Assembly (NCBI RefSeq): GCF_000006765.1
Contig: NC_002516.2
Source of the DNA: Pseudomonas aeruginosa PAO1
Lineage (GTDB): Bacteria; Pseudomonadota; Gammaproteobacteria; Pseudomonadales; Pseudomonadaceae
DNA: 64,000 bases
Direction: 5' to 3' (one strand)
In this document: positions 9,207-18,518 of the stretch, piece after piece
How positions within the stretch are numbered: the first letter of the stretch is position 1
How the letters are laid out: the number at the start of each line of letters is the position of its first letter
Program-made: the position numbers and the translations under genes
The notes under the pieces: model-generated
Told to the model about the DNA's origin: nothing
The model's database searches: none
What the model saw: only the letters and a program-made list of their open reading frames with translations

Positions 9207-10100
9207 ATGCGAAGCCAAGCCCTGCGTGCCGATGTCCTGATGCTGATCACCGCCATGATCTGGGGGGTGTCGTTCGTCGCCCAGCGCCTGGGGATGGACG
9301 CCATCGGGCCGTTCCTCTATACCGGCCTGCGCTTCGTCCTCGGTGCCCTGGTGCTGGTGCCACTGCTGATGCTGCGCTCGCGACGCGACGGCGCGCAACC
9401 CTTCAATCGCGGACAGTTGCTCGCCGGTGTGATCCTCGGCGTCGCCCTGACCACCGGGATCAACCTGCAGCAGGTCGGCCTGCTGTTCACCAGCGTGACC
9501 AACTCCGGCTTCATCACCGGGCTCTACGTGATCGTCGTGCCGTTGCTCGGCCTGCTGTTCGGCCAGCGCACCGGCGCGGGCACCTGGCTGGGGGCGTCGC
9601 TGGCGGTGCTCGGCATGGCCCTGCTGAGCATCGGCCCGGGCTTCCAGGTCGCCTCCGGCGACTGGCTGCAACTGGCCGGCGCGGTGGTCTGGGGCGCGCA
9701 CGTCCTGCTGGTAGGCCTGTTCGCCAGCCGCTACGACCCGATCCGCCTGGCCTTCCTGCAGTTCGCCACCTGCGCGGCGGTCAGCCTGCTGCTGGCACTG
9801 GTCTTCGAGGAAATCCACTGGGACGCCATCGTCCAGGCCGGTCCCGCCCTGCTATACGGCGGCCTGCTCGGCGTCGGCACCGGCTTCACCCTGCAGGTGG
9901 TGGCGCAGAAGCACGCCATCGCTTCCCATGCGGCGATCATCCTGTCCCTGGAAGCGGTGTTCGCCGCCATCGCTGGCGCCCTGTTCCTCGCCGAGACCCT
10001 GCACCTGCGCGGCTATTTCGGTTGCGCGCTGATGCTGGCGGGCATGCTGGTGGCGCAGTTGTGGCCGCGCAAGCTCGCCGCCGAAGCGCGCCCGGCCTGA
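9207..10100 (+). CDS. DMT/EamA family transporter
   Basis: ATG 9207; two EamA-like repeats, about 10 TM. Confidence 0.85.
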   Translation: MRSQALRADVLMLITAMIWGVSFVAQRLGMDAIGPFLYTGLRFVLGALVLVPLLMLRSRRDGAQPFNRGQLLAGVILGVALTTGINLQQVGLLFTSVTNSGFITGLYVIVVPLLGLLFGQRTGAGTWLGASLAVLGMALLSIGPGFQVASGDWLQLAGAVVWGAHVLLVGLFASRYDPIRLAFLQFATCAAVSLLLALVFEEIHWDAIVQAGPALLYGGLLGVGTGFTLQVVAQKHAIASHAAIILSLEAVFAAIAGALFLAETLHLRGYFGCALMLAGMLVAQLWPRKLAAEARPA

Positions 10101-10103
10101 CGC

Positions 10104-10820
10104 TCAGCCACGGAACGGCGCCAGGGCACGGTGCGCCGGGCTGGCCTCGTCCAGCGGAATGTGCCGCTTGGCGCCCAGGTAGCGCTCGCTGAACACCTCC
10201 AGGTAGGCGCCGAGCGCCTCGCCCGCGGCCTCGTCGCCAGCCAGCTCCAGGCACAGCGCCGCCACTTCGGCGGTGCACAGGTGCTCGCCACGGGTCGAGC
10301 GACGCAGGCGATAGCGCGAGAGCTGCTCGGGCAGCAGGCTGAGCACCGGGAACGGCTCCAGGTAGGGACTCTTGCGGAACATCTTGCGCGCCTCGGTCCA
10401 GGTCGCGTCGAGCAGGATGAACAGCGGTCGCTTGCCTTCCACCAGCGGGGCGACCTCGTTCACCACCCGCTCCGCCGCCACGTATTCGCCGGGGAACACC
10501 AGGTATGGCTGCCACTGCGGGTCGGCCAGCAACTCCAGCAAGCGCGGGTCGACCTCGGTGCGCGACCAGCCGAAGGCGAAGGTGTCGGCCACGGTATCGG
10601 CGATCAGCCAGCCGGTGTTGGTCGGTTTCAGCGCCTCGATGTCGTGCATGACCAGGCACATGCCGGCGCGCGCCTCGACCCGCGGCCGCCAGGCGCACAT
10701 GCAATAGCTCGGCAGCAGCCGACAGCCTTCGCAGCGCGGCATGCGCGAACCGCGCGCGACGAAGGGTTTCAGGCTGCGCGCCAGGCGCTCCTGGCGCAAG
10801 CGGGAAACGGCATGGCTCAT
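10104..10820 (-). CDS. DTW-domain tRNA-uridine aminocarboxypropyltransferase (TapT-like)
   Basis: CxxC-x5-CxC, KPTNTG, LDATWTEARKMF, LCTAE motifs. Confidence 0.85.
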   Translation of the reverse strand: MSHAVSRLRQERLARSLKPFVARGSRMPRCEGCRLLPSYCMCAWRPRVEARAGMCLVMHDIEALKPTNTGWLIADTVADTFAFGWSRTEVDPRLLELLADPQWQPYLVFPGEYVAAERVVNEVAPLVEGKRPLFILLDATWTEARKMFRKSPYLEPFPVLSLLPEQLSRYRLRRSTRGEHLCTAEVAALCLELAGDEAAGEALGAYLEVFSERYLGAKRHIPLDEASPAHRALAPFRG

Positions 10821-11008
10821 CGGGCAGGCTCCCGATACGGAAAGGACGGGCGAAGGAACATCGAAGACTCGAGGAAACGGGCTGGAAAGCGACCGCGAAA
10901 TTCTATCAGAGCCCGCGTGGCTCCTGCTTTGTCGGACAACTTCCGAGGCCGCGAAAAAAAATTCTTCACAGGGGCCTCAGACGTCTAGTTAGAGCGGGAT
11001 GCGATCCC

Positions 11009-11014
11009 TATAAT
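11009..11014 (+). promoter_or_regulatory. -10 box for potABCD
   Basis: Perfect TATAAT 65 nt before potA, with an upstream A-tract; -35 weak. Confidence 0.5.
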
Positions 11015-11078
11015 CCGCCCCCTTTTTCGACACCGGGCAGCCGGCTCCGCCCGCTGACCTTACTGCCTCTCCAGACGA

Positions 11079-12170
11079 GTGACGCCCCCCTTGCTCGAGA
11101 TCCGCAACGTGACCCGCCGCTTCGGCGACTTCACCGCCGTCGACAATGTCAGCCTGACGATCAACACCGGCGAATTCTTCACCCTCCTCGGCCCTTCCGG
11201 GTGCGGCAAGACCACCCTCCTGCGCATGCTCGCCGGCTTCGACCAGCCGGACAGCGGCGAGATCCGCCTCAACGGCCAGGACCTCGCCGGCGTCGAGCCG
11301 GAGAAGCGCCCGGTGCATACGGTGTTCCAGAGCTACGCGCTGTTCCCGCACATGAGCGTAGCGCAGAACATCGCCTTCCCGCTGAAGATGGCCGGAGTGG
11401 CGAAGAGCGAGATCGACGCCCGCGTCGAACAGGCCCTGAAGGACGTACGCCTGGCGGACAAGGGCGGGCGCATGCCGACACAGCTTTCCGGCGGCCAGCG
11501 CCAGCGCGTGGCGATCGCCCGCGCGCTGGTCAACCGGCCGCGCCTGCTGCTGCTCGACGAACCGCTGTCGGCGCTGGACGCCAAGCTGCGCGAAGAAATG
11601 CAGATCGAACTGATCAACCTGCAGAAGGACGTCGGCATCACCTTCGTCTATGTCACCCACGATCAGGGCGAAGCCCTGGCGCTGTCGCACCGCATCGCAG
11701 TGATGAACCAGGGCCGGGTGGAGCAACTGGACGCCCCGGAAACCATCTACAGCTTCCCGCGCAGTCGTTTCGTCGCCGACTTCATCGGCCAGTGCAACCT
11801 GCTCGACGCCACGGTCGAGGCGGTCGACGGCGAACGCGTGCGCATCGACCTCCGGGGCCTGGGCGAGGTCCAGGCGCTGAAATCCTTCGACGCCCAGCCC
11901 GGCGAGGCCTGCGTGCTGACCCTGCGGCCGGAGAAGATCCGCCTGGCGCAGAGCGTCACCGCCGACAGCGACGAGGTGCACTTCCGCGGTCGCGTCGCCG
12001 AACTGCTCTACCTGGGCGACGTGACCCTGTACATCGTCGAGCTGGAGAACGGCGAGCGCCTGGAAACCCTGCTGCCCAACGCCACGCCCGGCCGAGCCAA
12101 GTTCTTCGAGGTGGGCGACGCGGTGGAAGCCGCCTGGCGCTTCGATGCCGGCCATCTGGTCAGGGCCTGA
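11079..12170 (+). CDS. potA: Polyamine ABC transporter ATPase
   Basis: GPSGCGKTT, LSGGQRQR, LLLDEP, TOBE-like C-terminus. Confidence 0.9.
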   Translation: MTPPLLEIRNVTRRFGDFTAVDNVSLTINTGEFFTLLGPSGCGKTTLLRMLAGFDQPDSGEIRLNGQDLAGVEPEKRPVHTVFQSYALFPHMSVAQNIAFPLKMAGVAKSEIDARVEQALKDVRLADKGGRMPTQLSGGQRQRVAIARALVNRPRLLLLDEPLSALDAKLREEMQIELINLQKDVGITFVYVTHDQGEALALSHRIAVMNQGRVEQLDAPETIYSFPRSRFVADFIGQCNLLDATVEAVDGERVRIDLRGLGEVQALKSFDAQPGEACVLTLRPEKIRLAQSVTADSDEVHFRGRVAELLYLGDVTLYIVELENGERLETLLPNATPGRAKFFEVGDAVEAAWRFDAGHLVRA

Positions 12171-12174
12171 CACG

Positions 12175-13068
12175 ATGAGAAAGAACCTCGGCAAGTGGCT
12201 GCTGGTCTGGCCGCCGCAAGCGTATCTGCTGTTCTTCTTCCTGGTTCCGGCGCTGATCATGCTGTTCGCCTCGTTCCGCTTTCCCGGCGACTACGGCGGC
12301 CTGGCGCCCTGGATGTACAGCGAGGACGGGCAGACCGTCTACGACCTCAGCGTGGAGAACTACACCCGGCTCACCGAGAGCTGGGTGTACCTGCAACTGT
12401 TCGTCAAATCCTTCGGCTACGCCCTGGTCACCACCCTGGCCTGCCTGCTGCTCGCCTACCCGGTGGCGACCACCCTCGCCCGGGCCCCGGCGAAGTGGCG
12501 CAACCTGCTGATCCTGCTGGTGATCCTGCCGTTCTGGAGCAACCTGCTGGTACGCGTCTACGCCTGGATGATCATCCTCTCGCCGTCCGGTGCCCTGACC
12601 CGCGGGATCAACGCCGCGCTGGACCTGTTCGGCGCGCAGCCGATCAGCCTGATGTTCACCCCGTTCGCGGTGATCCTGTGCATGGTCTACGTGCACCTGC
12701 CGTTCATGATCCTGCCGCTCTACGCCAACCTGGAGAAACACGACCCGGCCCTGCTGGACGCCGCCCAGGACCTCGGCGCCGGTCGTTGGCAACGCTTCTG
12801 GCGGGTGACCTTCCCGCTCTCGCTGCCGGGCGTGGCCGCCGGCGCGGCACTGGTATTCATCCCGGTGCTGGGAATGTTCGCCATCCCCGACCTGGTCGGC
12901 GGTACCGACGGCATCATGATCGGCAACCTGATCAAGAGCCAGTTCCTCGACTCCCGCGACTGGCCGTTCGGCAGCGCGCTGTCGATCGCCCTGACCGGCT
13001 GCATCCTGCTGCTGGTCGCCCTCGGCATGGGCGCCGCGCGCGCCCGCAAGGGAGGCGCCCATGCGTAG
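12175..13068 (+). CDS. potB: Polyamine ABC transporter permease
   Basis: ATG 12175; ILPFWSNLLVRVYAW; DAAQDLGA EAA-like loop. Confidence 0.9.
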   Translation: MRKNLGKWLLVWPPQAYLLFFFLVPALIMLFASFRFPGDYGGLAPWMYSEDGQTVYDLSVENYTRLTESWVYLQLFVKSFGYALVTTLACLLLAYPVATTLARAPAKWRNLLILLVILPFWSNLLVRVYAWMIILSPSGALTRGINAALDLFGAQPISLMFTPFAVILCMVYVHLPFMILPLYANLEKHDPALLDAAQDLGAGRWQRFWRVTFPLSLPGVAAGAALVFIPVLGMFAIPDLVGGTDGIMIGNLIKSQFLDSRDWPFGSALSIALTGCILLLVALGMGAARARKGGAHA

Positions 13069-13831
13069 GCCCTACCTGCTCTGGAGCGCCACCGCGCTGG
13101 TGTACCTGTTCCTCTACGTACCGCTGGTGATCGTGGTGCTGTACTCCTTCAACGACTCGCGGCTGAACGCCGAGTGGGTGGGCTTCACCCTGGACTGGTA
13201 CCGCAAGCTGTTCGGCAACCGCGACATGCTCCAGGCCGCCGCCAACTCGCTGGTCATCGCGCTGGTTTCGGCCAGCGTGGCGACCCTGCTCGGCACCCTC
13301 GCCGGGGTCGCCCTGCATCGCTTCAAGCTGCGCGTGCTGCCCCTGCTGGTGCTGACCCCGATCGCCATTCCGGAACTCCTGATGGGGGTCTCGCTGGTGA
13401 TCTTCTTCATCGGCCTGAACATGAGCCTGGGCATGCTCTCGGTGACCCTCGCGCACATCACCTTCTCGGTCGGCTTCGTCGCCCTGGTGGTGCAGGCGCG
13501 CATGTCGGGCATGGACGAAAGCCTCACCGAGGCGGCCCGCGACCTCGGTGCCACGCCCTGGCAGAGCTTCCACCTGGTGACCCTGCCGCTGATCATGCCG
13601 GGCATCGTCGCCGGCGCGCTGATGGCCTTCACCCTGTCCATCGACGACTTCGTGATCACCTTCTTCACCGCCGGCGGCGGCTTCGCCACCCTGCCGACGC
13701 AGATCTACACCATGATCAAGATCGCCGTGACGCCCGAAGTGAACGCCGTCTCCACCCTGCTGATGCTGCTCACCCTGGTGCTGATCGTGATCGCCTCGAA
13801 ACTCTCCCCCAGCGCCATCAAGGGCCATTGA
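13061..13831 (+). CDS. potC: Polyamine ABC transporter permease
   Basis: YLFLYVPL..YSFN, EAARDLGA, FTLSIDDFVI. Confidence 0.9.
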   Translation: MRRPYLLWSATALVYLFLYVPLVIVVLYSFNDSRLNAEWVGFTLDWYRKLFGNRDMLQAAANSLVIALVSASVATLLGTLAGVALHRFKLRVLPLLVLTPIAIPELLMGVSLVIFFIGLNMSLGMLSVTLAHITFSVGFVALVVQARMSGMDESLTEAARDLGATPWQSFHLVTLPLIMPGIVAGALMAFTLSIDDFVITFFTAGGGFATLPTQIYTMIKIAVTPEVNAVSTLLMLLTLVLIVIASKLSPSAIKGH

Positions 13832-13919
13832 TCCGCCGAAACCCGCGTGCCTCCCGGAGAGGCCCGCGGCCTTGCCCTGCTCCGGTTTCCGGAGCCCTGC
13901 CACCCCGTAACAAGGAACC

Positions 13920-14984
13920 ATGATGAAAAAGCTGTTGCTCGTCGCAACCCTCATGGCAGGAGCCGCCCAGGCCACCGCCGCCGAGAAGCTGTATCTGTTC
14001 AACTGGAACGACTACATCGCCGAGGACACGCTGAAACGCTTCGAGCAGCAATGTGGCTGCGAGCTGGTGCAGGAGTTCTATTCCGGCACCGAGGAAATGA
14101 TGGCCAAGCTGGCCGCCGGGGCCAGCGGCTACGACGTGATCATCCCGACCCAGAACGCGGTCGAGGCGCTGATCCGCAAGGGCGACCTGCTGGAGCTGGA
14201 CAAGAGTCGCCTGGCGAACCTGAGCAACGAGGCCGCGGGCTACCTCGACAAGGATTTCGACAAGGGCAACCGCTATTCCCTGCCCTACGCCTTCACCACC
14301 ACCCTGGTCGGCTACAACAAGACCGAGCTGGACAAGCTGGGCATCGACCCCGCCGACTGGTCGGTGATCTTCGACCCGGCGGTCCTGGAGAAGATCAAGG
14401 GCAGGGTCACGGTGATGGACGACCCGCAGGAACTGTTCGGCGCCGCCCTGAAGTACCTCGGTCACTCCGCCAACGACACCGACCCGCAGCACTGGAAGGA
14501 AGCCCAGGCGCTGATCCTCGCGGCCAAGCCGTACTGGGCCGCGTTCAACTCGTCGAGCTATATCAAGGAGCTGACCCTGGGCAACATCTGGGTCGCCCAT
14601 GGCTACTCCAGCGACATGTACCAGGCCAGGGCCGACGCGGAGGCTGCCGGCCGCGCCTTCAAGGTCGACTTCGCCCTGCCCCGCCAAGGTGCGGTGCTGG
14701 CCATCGACAACATGGTGATCCACAAGGGCTCGAAGAACCCTGACCTGGCCTACCGCTTCATCGACTTCATGCTCGACGGTCGGAACGCTTCCGAGCTGAC
14801 CAACCAGATCGGTACCGGCACGCCCAACGCCGCCGCCCTGCCCTTCATCAAGCCGGAAATCAAGACGCTCGCCGCCCTGTTCCCGGACGCCACCACCCAG
14901 GCCAGGCTGGAGCCGCTGAAGGACCTGAACTCGCGCCAGCGACGCGCCCTGAACAAGCTCTGGACAGAGATCAAGCTGCGCTGA
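13920..14984 (+). CDS. potD: Polyamine ABC transporter periplasmic binding protein
   Basis: Signal peptide; FNWNDYI, GYDVIIP, IDNMVI motifs. Confidence 0.9.
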   Translation: MMKKLLLVATLMAGAAQATAAEKLYLFNWNDYIAEDTLKRFEQQCGCELVQEFYSGTEEMMAKLAAGASGYDVIIPTQNAVEALIRKGDLLELDKSRLANLSNEAAGYLDKDFDKGNRYSLPYAFTTTLVGYNKTELDKLGIDPADWSVIFDPAVLEKIKGRVTVMDDPQELFGAALKYLGHSANDTDPQHWKEAQALILAAKPYWAAFNSSSYIKELTLGNIWVAHGYSSDMYQARADAEAAGRAFKVDFALPRQGAVLAIDNMVIHKGSKNPDLAYRFIDFMLDGRNASELTNQIGTGTPNAAALPFIKPEIKTLAALFPDATTQARLEPLKDLNSRQRRALNKLWTEIKLR

Positions 14985-15002
14985 TCCGCACCGCTATCGA
15001 CG

Positions 15003-15028
15003 AAAGGGCGACCCTCGGTCGCCCTTTT
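15003..15028 (+). terminator. Rho-independent terminator after potD
   Basis: AAAGGGCGACC-CTC-GGTCGCCCTTTT. Confidence 0.85.
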
Positions 15029-15159
15029 GCGTTTCCGTGCCCCGCCCCGAACGCGGTAACATGGCGCCCATTCGCCACCGTCCGTCCCGGGAATGGGCCG
15101 ACGGAAACAATTCGCCCCCTCCATCGGTCGAATCCGCTTATTGCCCCAGGAGATCTTCG

Positions 15160-15570
15160 ATGTCGCGCTTCATGGCCCTTGCCCTTTGTTTCGTCCTGCC
15201 CACCGCCGCCCATGCCGCCTCGCTCAAGGATTTCGAACTGAGCAAGATGCTGGAGAAAGTGGCCAAGGAAAGCAGCGTAGGCACTCCCCGCGCCATCAAC
15301 GAAGACATCCTCGACCAGGGCTACACCGTCGAAGGCAACCAGTTGATCAATCACCTCAGCGTACGCGCCAGCCACGCCGAGCGCATGCGCTCCAACCCGG
15401 ACAGCGTGCGCAGCCAGCTCGGCGATAGCGTGTGCAGCAACACCGGCTATCGCCAGTTGCTCGCCCGCGGCGCGATCCTCACCTACAGCTTCACCGAGTA
15501 CAAGACCAACCAGCCGGTCGCCACCGAACGCTTCGATGCCGGCAGCTGCCGCATCCAGGGCAAGAAGTAA
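15160..15570 (+). CDS. Small exported protein (PA3611-type, quorum-sensing-regulated family)
   Basis: AGGAG RBS; signal peptide ending AHA; two Cys; 136 aa. Confidence 0.75.
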   Translation: MSRFMALALCFVLPTAAHAASLKDFELSKMLEKVAKESSVGTPRAINEDILDQGYTVEGNQLINHLSVRASHAERMRSNPDSVRSQLGDSVCSNTGYRQLLARGAILTYSFTEYKTNQPVATERFDAGSCRIQGKK

Positions 15571-15588
15571 GCGCGCCGCGCGGTCGCC

Positions 15589-15810
15589 ATGCTGGACAAG
15601 CAGCATCTGCTGAAGATCGCCAGGACGCCGATGCCGTTCGGCAAGTACCAGGGACGGATGCTGGTCGACCTGCCGGAGGAGTACCTGCTGTGGTTCTACA
15701 AGAAAGGCTTCCCGCCTGGTGAACTCGGGCGGCTGATGCAGTTGACCCTGGAACTGAAGATCGACGGGCTGGACGGGCTGCTCAAGCCGCTTCGTCCCCC
15801 CGCTCCGTAG
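15589..15810 (+). CDS. DUF3820-type small protein
   Basis: MPFGKYQG...DLPEEYLLWF motif. Confidence 0.8.
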   Translation: MLDKQHLLKIARTPMPFGKYQGRMLVDLPEEYLLWFYKKGFPPGELGRLMQLTLELKIDGLDGLLKPLRPPAP

Positions 15811-15923
15811 GCGAATGACGTCGCCGACGCTATCCGCCGATACCCTGCCCATACCCTGCCTTCACCAGACACCCGCCCCCGTTCGGCAGGGCGAATAACG
15901 CCACAGACGTTATCCGCCGATAC
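15807..15923. repeat. Pair of REP-like palindromes (direct-repeat doublet)
   Basis: GTAG-GCGAATGAC...GCTATCCGCC (15807-15838) and GCAG-GGCGAATAAC...GTTATCCGCC (15886-15918), each followed by GATAC; tandem ATACCCTGCC between them. Confidence 0.75.
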
Positions 15924-15933
15924 GCAGCCGAAC

Positions 15934-18339
15934 TCAGCGCAACAACGCCGGATCGCCCTTGCCGGCCACCGCCGCCGCTTCCTCCGGGGTCAGCAGCGCG
16001 GTGCGCGGGACCTCCATCAAGCGGGCGCAAGCCGCCAGCACGTTGCCCCAGCAGGCGCGGTTGGCGAACTGCATACCCGCCTCGTCGAGGGTGCCGCCGC
16101 GGTTGCGATAGCCGAGTACCGAGGTGCGCCGGGCATCCGGCAGGATCGGCCAAAGATGACCGCGCGCCACTTCCGCGCGCATATGGGTGAGTAGCACGCG
16201 GCGCTCATGGCTATCCGGGAACAGTCGTTCCACCAGCGCCTCGTCGGCCACCGCCTCGACCTCCCAGCGATCGCGCGGCGCGCGGAAGCGTCCCGGCTCC
16301 TGCAGGTAGACCAGCCGGTAGGCCTGCCCGGCCTCGGCCAGGCGCTGCGCGGCGCGGCGCATCTGTTCGAGCTGGTAGCTGCCGTTGGCGATCAGCAGCA
16401 GCGGATCGGAGCCGCAGCGCTCCTCGACCAGGATCGCGCCGTCGCGGGCCAGGCGCTCGGCCTGGACGGCGTCGAAAACCATCGGCCGGTCGCGCTTGGG
16501 GATCACCAGGCAGGCCAGTTGCCCCCGGCTGCGGTAGATCGTCGGTAGCAGCGCCAGGGCGCTGTTGTGATCGGCCGGGAAGAGCACCCGGACCATGTCG
16601 CTCATCTCGCCAAGCAGGGCCTCGCAGAAGGTGGTGTCCTGGTGCGACTGCTGGTTCTTGCCGTTCTCCCAGGTATGCGAAGTAGCGACCAGCGGCCAGC
16701 CCAGCCAGCCGGCCGGACGCCCGACTTCCTTCTGCTGGCGGGCGAAGATCAGGGTCTGGCGCACCGCGCCGAGCATCTTCACGCAGAACGCCTCGTAGCT
16801 GGCAACCAGGTTGAGTCCGCCCTGGTTGGCCAGGCAGGCGGACACCACCGCCTCCTCGTTGAGCGCGGTGATGACCCGACCGCTCACCGATTCCAGTTCG
16901 CTCTCCGGCTCGCTGACCCGATGCTTGAGCGCCTTGAGCACGCCGCCGAGGCGGTTGCTGGCCAATTCGTCGGGATTGCCGACCCGGGCGCGCAGGTCGG
17001 GGTTGGCCTCCACCAGTTCGGTATAGAAGCGGTCCAGCGCGGCCATCGGCGAGCAGGCGTCGTCGCGATAGCGCAGCGGCGGGATGATCGGTTCGATGGG
17101 ATGGCGCAGGGCCAGCGGGTTGTCCCGTTCGAGGGGACGCTCGCCGCGCTGCTCGGCGAACAGCCGGCGGGCCAATTCGAGAGCCTCAGGCTCGACCCAG
17201 AGTTCGTTTGCATGCTGGTTGAACAGTTGCCGGGCCTGTTCGTCGTTATGCGGATTGCCCGGCAGCGGCAGGTTGTGCGCGGCGTTGCTGCCGGCGCCAT
17301 AGAAGCCGAAGCCCTTGACCGTCTCGGCGATGCCGTAGGGAATCGGCAGCGGGTAGCGGAGGATGCCGCTGTTCTTCTCCTGCACGCGCCGCTCCAGGCG
17401 CTGCTCCATCTCCCAGAGCGTACAGACGAAGGCGGCCGGGTCGCGCCCATCGAAGCTGATCGGATCGAAGCCGCATCGGCGCAGATGCAGCTTGAAGCCC
17501 TCCAGCCCCTCATGGGTGCCCAGCTCGGTGCGCTGCTCGATGCGCCGGCCATTGGCGATCATCACCGGCAGCGCCGCCCCGCAATCCTCGGCTCGCCACC
17601 AGCGCGGAATCCAGTCGCTGCCGCGCTGTTCCTCGGCGGCACCATCGGAGAGGAACGCCACCAGGGTCTCGCCGGGCAGCGGCATGTGCGCGTACTGCAA
17701 TTCGGCGAAGCCGAGGTAACCGCCCTCGGCGATACCGCCGGCGGTATGCGGATTCACGTGGCTGCCCAGTGGCGCCGCCGGTGCGCCGTTGGGGGCCTGG
17801 GCGTAGCCGTAGAAGTCCTGCAGCAAGCGGTTCAGCCCTTCCTCGCCGTCGGCATAGGCGCGCTCCTGCTCCGGGTGCAGGTTGCCGGTGAGGACGTTCA
17901 GCGCGTCGATGGCGGCCACGCAATGGCCCTGGCCCATCAGCCAGGCGCGAGTCTTGCCGGTCAGGACGTTGAGTGCCAGATAGCCGGCGTAGGCCGGGAC
18001 CATGTTCAGGGCTCCGCCGGTGTGGCCCTCGGGCTGTGTCTTGAAATCCTCGGCCTGCAACGGCTGGCCGTCCAGGCGGATGCGCCGGGCGTAGGTCATG
18101 TGCACGACGATGCGCAGGGCGCTGGCGGTCAGCCGGTCGAGGGCGCGGAACAGCTGGTAGACGCTGGCCAGGTCCGGTTGCAGCCCGGCTTGGACCAATT
18201 GATGAGCGGTGCGGAACACGGCGGCGCGGGTCTCTGCGCTATGCTGGAGCGGACCATGGCCTTGCAGCCACGCGGCAAACGCCGGCTCGGCCGCCGCATG
18301 GGCAAGCAACTCGTCCTGACTGGGCAGAATCTGACTCAT
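15934..18339 (-). CDS. Divergent phosphoketolase (XFP family, TPP-dependent)
   Basis: ATG 18339, 801 aa; GHTGG, GQGH, EGGYLG, SDGAAEE...NG, PDELASNRL, SYEAF, SHQD motifs. Confidence 0.8.
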   Translation of the reverse strand: MSQILPSQDELLAHAAAEPAFAAWLQGHGPLQHSAETRAAVFRTAHQLVQAGLQPDLASVYQLFRALDRLTASALRIVVHMTYARRIRLDGQPLQAEDFKTQPEGHTGGALNMVPAYAGYLALNVLTGKTRAWLMGQGHCVAAIDALNVLTGNLHPEQERAYADGEEGLNRLLQDFYGYAQAPNGAPAAPLGSHVNPHTAGGIAEGGYLGFAELQYAHMPLPGETLVAFLSDGAAEEQRGSDWIPRWWRAEDCGAALPVMIANGRRIEQRTELGTHEGLEGFKLHLRRCGFDPISFDGRDPAAFVCTLWEMEQRLERRVQEKNSGILRYPLPIPYGIAETVKGFGFYGAGSNAAHNLPLPGNPHNDEQARQLFNQHANELWVEPEALELARRLFAEQRGERPLERDNPLALRHPIEPIIPPLRYRDDACSPMAALDRFYTELVEANPDLRARVGNPDELASNRLGGVLKALKHRVSEPESELESVSGRVITALNEEAVVSACLANQGGLNLVASYEAFCVKMLGAVRQTLIFARQQKEVGRPAGWLGWPLVATSHTWENGKNQQSHQDTTFCEALLGEMSDMVRVLFPADHNSALALLPTIYRSRGQLACLVIPKRDRPMVFDAVQAERLARDGAILVEERCGSDPLLLIANGSYQLEQMRRAAQRLAEAGQAYRLVYLQEPGRFRAPRDRWEVEAVADEALVERLFPDSHERRVLLTHMRAEVARGHLWPILPDARRTSVLGYRNRGGTLDEAGMQFANRACWGNVLAACARLMEVPRTALLTPEEAAAVAGKGDPALLR

Positions 18340-18368
18340 GGTGGGTAGCCTCCCTAGTGGTGCCTTGC

Positions 18369-18409
18369 AGTCTAGGCAGCACACGGCAAAGGGCGCTGAC
18401 CTGCATCAA
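18369..18409 (-). promoter_or_regulatory. ANR/FNR-type box plus -10 for the phosphoketolase gene
   Basis: Minus strand TTGAT-GCAG-GTCAG (18409-18396) and -10 TAGACT (18374-18369); box centre about -41 from predicted start site. Confidence 0.75.
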
Positions 18410-18518
18410 GCTCCCCGCCCCCGATTCGTTCACCCTGGCCCTGTACGAAGGTTCCATGGCATTCCACGATCCCCGAAAGGTATCGGGGTGTCGACAGAGC
18501 TCTGACGGAGGAGGCTCG

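Noticed and set aside
10104-14984. Functional link between the aminocarboxypropyl transferase and the divergent polyamine ABC operon
   Set aside because: Shared SAM/aminopropyl chemistry is suggestive only; no shared operator or other sequence evidence.
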